64,000 nt of DNA from Myxococcota bacterium (GTDB taxonomy: Bacteria > Myxococcota_A > UBA9160 > UBA4427), in assembly GCA_965250285.1 (NCBI GenBank), contig OZ252299.1, positions 4,704,001 through 4,768,000 on the forward strand. The letters run 5' to 3'. The position numbers and the translations under genes were made by a program. Positions 58,824 through 64,000 of this stretch are shown here, piece after piece (position 1 is the stretch's first letter; every line of letters begins with the position of its first letter). The notes under the pieces are model-generated. The model was given only the letters and a program-made list of their open reading frames with translations, was not told where the DNA came from and did not search any database.

Positions 58824-59813
58824 TCAGCCTCGAGCGCGCCGACGCCGAGATGCGTAGCTCGGCTGAGGCGCCCCTCGCGAGCGTGATGGATCAGCGAGGC
58901 GCGTCTTGTAGCGTCGATGCGACCAGATCCACTGCGCCGGTCGCGCCCGGATCGCGGCCTCGATGACGCGGTTGACCTCTGCCAGCACCGCGTCGACGCG
59001 ATCGTCGCGGGACCGACCCGGCGGCGCGTCATCCGTGTCGACGCGAATCGGCGGCAAGAACTCGACGCGATGGGTGGGGGACGCGTCGACGCGATACGAG
59101 AACGCGGGCAGCAGCGGCACGCCGAGTCGCATCGCCATCACGACCGGGCCCCGCCGCGTGCACGCGGGCGCGCCGAAGAACGGCGCGAAGCTGCCTTCGT
59201 CGAGGCGCGCGTTCTGATCCATCATCGCCACGAGGTGTCGACCGGCGCGCGTCGTCGTGAGCATCTCGCCCGCGCGCGCGCGACCGAGCTCGACCAGCTC
59301 GACGTCGCCCTGCCGCGTGCGCACGTCGCCGAGCCAGGCCGAGAGGCCCGGGCGGCCCAGGCCGTGGTGCACGACGGTCATCGGGTACCCCTCGGCGGCC
59401 ATCGCGGCGAGGCAGAGCTCCCAGTTGCCGGTGTGCGCCGTCACGACGACGACGCCGCGGCCCTCCGGCGCGCAGGCCCGGGCGCGGTCGGCGTGCGCGC
59501 GGCCGGCGATCTCGACCGAGCCCACGAGTCGAGCGCGCTGCTCGGGCGATCCGGCCAGCCACGCGAGCTCGACGAGACTGCGCCCCTGGTGCCGCAGGCT
59601 CTCGCGCCAGATCGCTTCGCGTTCGGCTTCGCTCGCGTCGGGGAACGCGAGGGCGAGGTGGGCGTGCGCGACCGCGCGGCGGCGACCGAGCCAGGGCGCC
59701 ACCACGTCCCCGAAGCGCGCCCCCGCACGCACACCGACGCGAAGCGGGAGCAGGCGCAGAGCCGCCGCGGCGACGCCCGGCCAACGGGCCGGCGGCGCGG
59801 GCGCGGTGCTCAC
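58824..59813 (-). CDS. Lipid A late acyltransferase (LpxL/HtrB family)
   Basis: HLALAFP, AHTGNWE, MMDQ, PFFG, PAQWIWSHRRYK. Confidence 0.9.
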   Translation of the reverse strand: MSTAPAPPARWPGVAAAALRLLPLRVGVRAGARFGDVVAPWLGRRRAVAHAHLALAFPDASEAEREAIWRESLRHQGRSLVELAWLAGSPEQRARLVGSVEIAGRAHADRARACAPEGRGVVVVTAHTGNWELCLAAMAAEGYPMTVVHHGLGRPGLSAWLGDVRTRQGDVELVELGRARAGEMLTTTRAGRHLVAMMDQNARLDEGSFAPFFGAPACTRRGPVVMAMRLGVPLLPAFSYRVDASPTHRVEFLPPIRVDTDDAPPGRSRDDRVDAVLAEVNRVIEAAIRARPAQWIWSHRRYKTRLADPSRSRGAPQPSYASRRRRARG

Positions 59814-60187
59814 TCGCCTCGTCGCCGTGTCAGGCGGCAGCCCGTGAAGTCGAGCTCGCTGTCGAGGGGGTTCGGCTTGCGCACCTCGATGCGAATCCAA
59901 TCGAGGGCCGCGAACTGCGTGAACAGGTCGTCGATGATGCGACGCCCGAGGGCCTCGACGAGGGCGTGGTCGCCCGCGCCCGCGACCGCTTCGACACGCT
60001 CGACCACTGCGCCGTAGTCGAGCGTGTCTTCGAGATCGTCGCTGCGACCGGCTGCATCGAGACGGAGGCCGAGCTCGAGATCGATCCGCACCTTTCGGCG
60101 CAGCGCACGCTCTTCGGCCGTGACGCCGAGCGCACACGGAACCCGAATCGCATCGATCAGAATCGCATCGTCGGCTTGCGCGCTCAT
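59810..60187 (-). CDS. folB: Dihydroneopterin aldolase
   Basis: GVTAEER, SDDLEDTLDY, LVEAL, VRKP. Confidence 0.9.
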   Translation of the reverse strand: MSAQADDAILIDAIRVPCALGVTAEERALRRKVRIDLELGLRLDAAGRSDDLEDTLDYGAVVERVEAVAGAGDHALVEALGRRIIDDLFTQFAALDWIRIEVRKPNPLDSELDFTGCRLTRRRGE

Positions 60188-60264
60188 CTTCGGAGCTCAG
60201 TCGACGGGCACACGATCGGCGCGCATCGCCGCAAGCGACCCCGAGGAGCGCAGCGGCTGACTCT

Positions 60265-63200
60265 TCACGCCGATTCTGCCTCGCCCGCCGCGCGGTCGAG
60301 CGCTTCGATCAAGAACGCCCGCATCTCGACCGGGTCGACGATCGCACCCAGCGAGCCGACCTCCTTGGCGCGTTCGACGCTGTGCACGTGGTCGAACTCG
60401 GCTGCCACCTCGGCCTGCTTCTCGAGCGTGACCTCCCGGAGCAGCTCGTCGAACTCTTCGCGCGCCCGGGCCGACGGGTTCCAGCGCAGCGCGCGCTGCT
60501 TCTCGGCCACGCGCGGATCGGCCACGGCGAGCGCGCGCACCTCGCGCACGAAGACGACGCTTGCCGCCGGGCCACCCCCGATCACCGATGCGAACGAACC
60601 GGTCAGTGCCGAAGCCTCGAGCGACGGGTTCAGCTCCTGGCTGAACACGACGTAAGCGCCGCCGTGGTAGCGCGACACGACGAGGAAGAGGATCGGCCCC
60701 TCGAAGTTCACGACCGCCCGAGCGATCTCGGCTCCGTACTCGAGCTGAAGCTTTCGAAGCGACTCGGGCGAACCGTCGAAGCCCGAGAGGTTCGCGAGGA
60801 GCACCACGGGCCGATTGCCGCTCGCCGCGTTGATCGCGCGAGCCACCTTCTTCGACGAGTACGGGAAGAGGGTGCCGCCGTTCCAGGCCTCGGGGCCGTC
60901 GATCGGCCGGTAGCCGTCACGGTCGACCGTGTGGCTCTCGATGCCGATCAGCTCGATGGCGCGACCACCGAGGTGCGTATCCCAGACGATCGCGGTCTCG
61001 CCGCCGACCATACCCTTCCAGCGCTCGAGATGTCCACCGTCCTGATCGACCAGTGCGTCCATCACGACGCGCATCGCGAAGGGTCGCTTGCGGCCGGGGT
61101 TCGTGTCGTCGTCGAAGATCTCGCCGACGTTGGTGAAGTCGAACGCGACGTCGGCGCGCAAGATCGGCGCATCGCCGATGTTGCGCGTGACTTGGTCCTT
61201 GGTCGGATACGGCCTCGGTCCGCGCTCCCCCGGCACGACGTAGGTGTACCGGTAGTGCTCGTACAGGATGTGGAACGCCTCGGAGACGCTGCGGGCGTAG
61301 AACTGCGCCTCGCCGTTCGGTCCCATGATGCGCTCGTAGCCGCCGATCGCGCCTTCGTCCTCGGCCGATACGCTCCCCGCGGCCTCGAGCGCGCGGCGGC
61401 CGGTCAGCACCATCGACGCCTTCTGGGTCATGATCAGAACGCCGCGGGTGTGCGGCAGCATCGTCGCGAGCGCGTCGAAGTACGCCTGCGCGCCGATGTT
61501 GACCCCGGCGACGATGACGTGGATCACCCCGTCGTTCTGCGTGAACTGAACGATCCGGCGCACGACCCGCGCCGTCGCATCGAGGTTCTCGGTTCCGCTG
61601 TCCATCGCGATGCGCGCGCCGCTCGACACCGCGACCCATTCGAGGGGCACGCCCAGCTCTTCGGCGAGATCCATCGCCGCGACGAGGCGATCGCACTCGG
61701 GTGCAGCGAGCGCACCCATGTGCTTCGTCGGGTCAGAGATCACGAGCACGCGCTTCATGCCCTCGGGCACCTTCGCGGTGGGCGTCGAGATCAAGCCGAA
61801 CACCACGCCCGCTTCGTTCAGGCCCGGTCCGCGGCCGGCAACACTCGTCGCCCGGGCGATGTTCGAGTCGGCATCGAGGTCGTACTCCTCGAACACACCG
61901 GCGGGCAGCGCCGGCCGTTCGGGATCACGGGCCGCATCGACCACCGACTGATCGCCCGTCGTCAGCATGCCGATGATCTCGAACGGGTAGATCTGGCGCG
62001 CACGCCGAGCGGCCACGACGGCCCGCTCGTGATCTTCGGCGGGGCGCAGAGGATCGAGCTGCGGCGGCCTGGCCTCGATCTCGGTCTGGTCACCGGTGTC
62101 GGTAATGACGATCTCGGTGGGACGCGCCGGCGCGTCGGGTTGATCGCGGTCGAGCAGGTTGAGTCGCACGATCACCTTCTCGAGGCCGAGATGCCGGGTC
62201 GAAGGTGCGAGGCGCCGAGCAACGTCATTCGCCTGGTCGAGATCGAGGAAGATCTCGGGCGCGACCGAGATCTTGATCCGATTCCACTGCAATCGCCGAC
62301 GGGGATCCCGCATCTGAAGGATCGATCGCAGGCTGCGCGTCGAGCGATTGAAGACGCGCTCGAACGCGGCCAGGTGGTGCGAGAGCTCCTTGCCCGACTC
62401 GGGTGAGCGGTCGCGTGCATCGGCGAGCACGAAGACCCGCTCGTCGCCCGGGACATCCTTGGCTCGGCCGTGGAAGGCGTAGATGCCTTCGTCCGAGGGG
62501 ATTCGCTCGAGCTCGAAGTTCGCGACGCGGTCGAGGCCGATTCGCTCGGCGGTCTCCGGGTGCAGGTCGTAGAGATCCGAGCGCATCACGTAGCCGCCGG
62601 AGACCGGCTCCCAGGTACGGAAGACGTGATCGATGCCGCCCTCGCGCGACAGCAGGCCGAGCGTGAAGCGACAATGCGGGGCGGCGGCCGACAGGGTTCG
62701 CTCGATGATGGGAGCCACCGCCTCGAGGTCGACCTCTTCGCCGGGCGGCACGACGACCTCGGCCGCGTGAATCGGCGTTCCGGGCGCGCGTTCGGCCATG
62801 CGACCGACGCCGCGACAGACGCGCTCCACCACGTCGGCGACGTCGCCGCTGCGCGCGATCGCCGCCATCACGAGACCGACCTCGGGATACTCGACACAGT
62901 GGATGCGGGTCTCGTCGACGATCGCCGTGCGATACGCGAGCGGCGACCGCGGCGCGTAGCGGCGCTGGGTGTGGGCGGCGAGCGCGATCTCGCTGCGCGC
63001 CGGATCGTCGAGCTCGATCCAATGACCGACTCGCTCGAAGACGCGACGCGGGGCCGCCGCGAGCTCGAGCAGCACCTCGGTCGGCGGCACGGTCAGCTCG
63101 GTCTCGGCCGACTCGAGCCACGCGTCGACGTTCTCCGAAGTCCGCGCAGCGCGTCGCTCGATGCCGGGCTGAAGGAAGCTCAGGTAGCTCGCCTCGAGGG

Positions 63201-64000
63201 CGGCGTCGGCGATGACGTCGCCGACCTGGGGACGCAGCCGGGCGATCCGGGCGAGCGTGAGAGCGAGCACCCGGTCGTGCTCGAGCACCACGCCGGCGTC
63301 GGCGAGCGCCGACAGCTGTCGCAACATGCCGAGGACGAGCTGATGGCGCAGCTTCGACTCGAGCCGAATCGACAGCATGCGCAGCACCGCCCGCTCGAGC
63401 GCACCGGAGGGCTCGAGATCGGTGATGCCGTAGTGACGCAGGGCCCCGCGCATCGCTTCGAGGAACTCTTCGGCGATGCCCTCGGTGCCGGCGCGCATGC
63501 GTCGGACGAACATGCGGAAGCGCGCGTCGTTCGAGGGGCCGAACTCACCCGAGACCGAGGCGCGCGGTGCCTTGATGAAGATCTCTTCGATGTCGGCGAA
63601 CGTCTCGAGCTCGTGTCGAATCTGCGCGAGCTCGAGAGCGAACTCACTCGGTAGATCCTCGGGCAGATCGGCTTCGAGCAGCGCTACGAGCCGCGCCGAG
63701 CGTTCGGCGTTCGCGTCGTAACCGAGCACGACGCGGCGAATCTCTTCGCGCACCGTGGCGGCGGCTTCGCGCCGCGCGTCGGGATCGGCGTTCGCGGCCG
63801 AGACCAGGGCGGGCGCCCCGAGCGGCCCTTCGGCGCCGGGCTCGAAGAGCAGCGCGAGCGGATCGACCTGCGCCGGCAGCTCGACGCGACCGGTCGCACT
63901 GCCTGCCTCGCCTTCATCGCGCGGCGTCTCGATCACGAGCAGCACGTCGCCGGCCGCCACCTGCTGACCGGCGTGCACGAGCACTTCGCTCACGGTGCCC
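60265..64000 (-). CDS. Multidomain biotin-dependent acyl/acetyl-CoA carboxylase (5' part outside window)
   Basis: End of the biotinyl domain (GTVSEVLVHAGQQV), long central region, carboxyltransferase motifs SSGARIAMDSGTEN, LANLSGFDGS, YHGGAYVVFS. Confidence 0.9.
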   Translation of the reverse strand, partial: GTVSEVLVHAGQQVAAGDVLLVIETPRDEGEAGSATGRVELPAQVDPLALLFEPGAEGPLGAPALVSAANADPDARREAAATVREEIRRVVLGYDANAERSARLVALLEADLPEDLPSEFALELAQIRHELETFADIEEIFIKAPRASVSGEFGPSNDARFRMFVRRMRAGTEGIAEEFLEAMRGALRHYGITDLEPSGALERAVLRMLSIRLESKLRHQLVLGMLRQLSALADAGVVLEHDRVLALTLARIARLRPQVGDVIADAALEASYLSFLQPGIERRAARTSENVDAWLESAETELTVPPTEVLLELAAAPRRVFERVGHWIELDDPARSEIALAAHTQRRYAPRSPLAYRTAIVDETRIHCVEYPEVGLVMAAIARSGDVADVVERVCRGVGRMAERAPGTPIHAAEVVVPPGEEVDLEAVAPIIERTLSAAAPHCRFTLGLLSREGGIDHVFRTWEPVSGGYVMRSDLYDLHPETAERIGLDRVANFELERIPSDEGIYAFHGRAKDVPGDERVFVLADARDRSPESGKELSHHLAAFERVFNRSTRSLRSILQMRDPRRRLQWNRIKISVAPEIFLDLDQANDVARRLAPSTRHLGLEKVIVRLNLLDRDQPDAPARPTEIVITDTGDQTEIEARPPQLDPLRPAEDHERAVVAARRARQIYPFEIIGMLTTGDQSVVDAARDPERPALPAGVFEEYDLDADSNIARATSVAGRGPGLNEAGVVFGLISTPTAKVPEGMKRVLVISDPTKHMGALAAPECDRLVAAMDLAEELGVPLEWVAVSSGARIAMDSGTENLDATARVVRRIVQFTQNDGVIHVIVAGVNIGAQAYFDALATMLPHTRGVLIMTQKASMVLTGRRALEAAGSVSAEDEGAIGGYERIMGPNGEAQFYARSVSEAFHILYEHYRYTYVVPGERGPRPYPTKDQVTRNIGDAPILRADVAFDFTNVGEIFDDDTNPGRKRPFAMRVVMDALVDQDGGHLERWKGMVGGETAIVWDTHLGGRAIELIGIESHTVDRDGYRPIDGPEAWNGGTLFPYSSKKVARAINAASGNRPVVLLANLSGFDGSPESLRKLQLEYGAEIARAVVNFEGPILFLVVSRYHGGAYVVFSQELNPSLEASALTGSFASVIGGGPAASVVFVREVRALAVADPRVAEKQRALRWNPSARAREEFDELLREVTLEKQAEVAAEFDHVHSVERAKEVGSLGAIVDPVEMRAFLIEALDRAAGEAESA

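Overview
64 kb of a high-GC diderm bacterial chromosome; gene content suggests Myxococcota/deltaproteobacteria (inference). There are about 55 CDSs. Left end: a minus-strand TonB locus (DUF3450, large TtpC-like ExbB, ExbB, 2x ExbD, TonB, TPR, ~1170-aa TonB-dependent receptor) and a secreted beta-helix-like protein that runs off the window and is absent from the ORF track. Middle: housekeeping genes (pyrE, pyrF, tgt, ychF, rnhA, aroC, DTW), lipid/steroid-type catabolic enzymes, a PQQ dehydrogenase, an internally deleted IS5 element, a Cache-sensor Ser/Thr kinase plus NTT-HEAT pair, a ClC protein and a TPP riboswitch-thiC unit. Right end: a divergent DnaA paralogue, cofG/cofH, a diguanylate cyclase, lpxL-like, folB and a partial multidomain acyl-CoA carboxylase. 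Best novelty candidates: (1) a Wss1/WLM-like metalloprotease ending in a beta-clamp motif (QLDLF), next to a stand-alone Lon N-domain gene and a DnaA paralogue lacking the arginine finger; (2) an unannotated 40-aa Lys/Arg-rich protein behind a stringent-type promoter; (3) a candidate sigma-28-driven ~80-nt sRNA; (4) repeated duplication of gene 3' ends; (5) a TPP riboswitch with an extended P5. No rRNA, tRNA or CRISPR array was seen. All family calls come from motif recognition by eye, not database searches.
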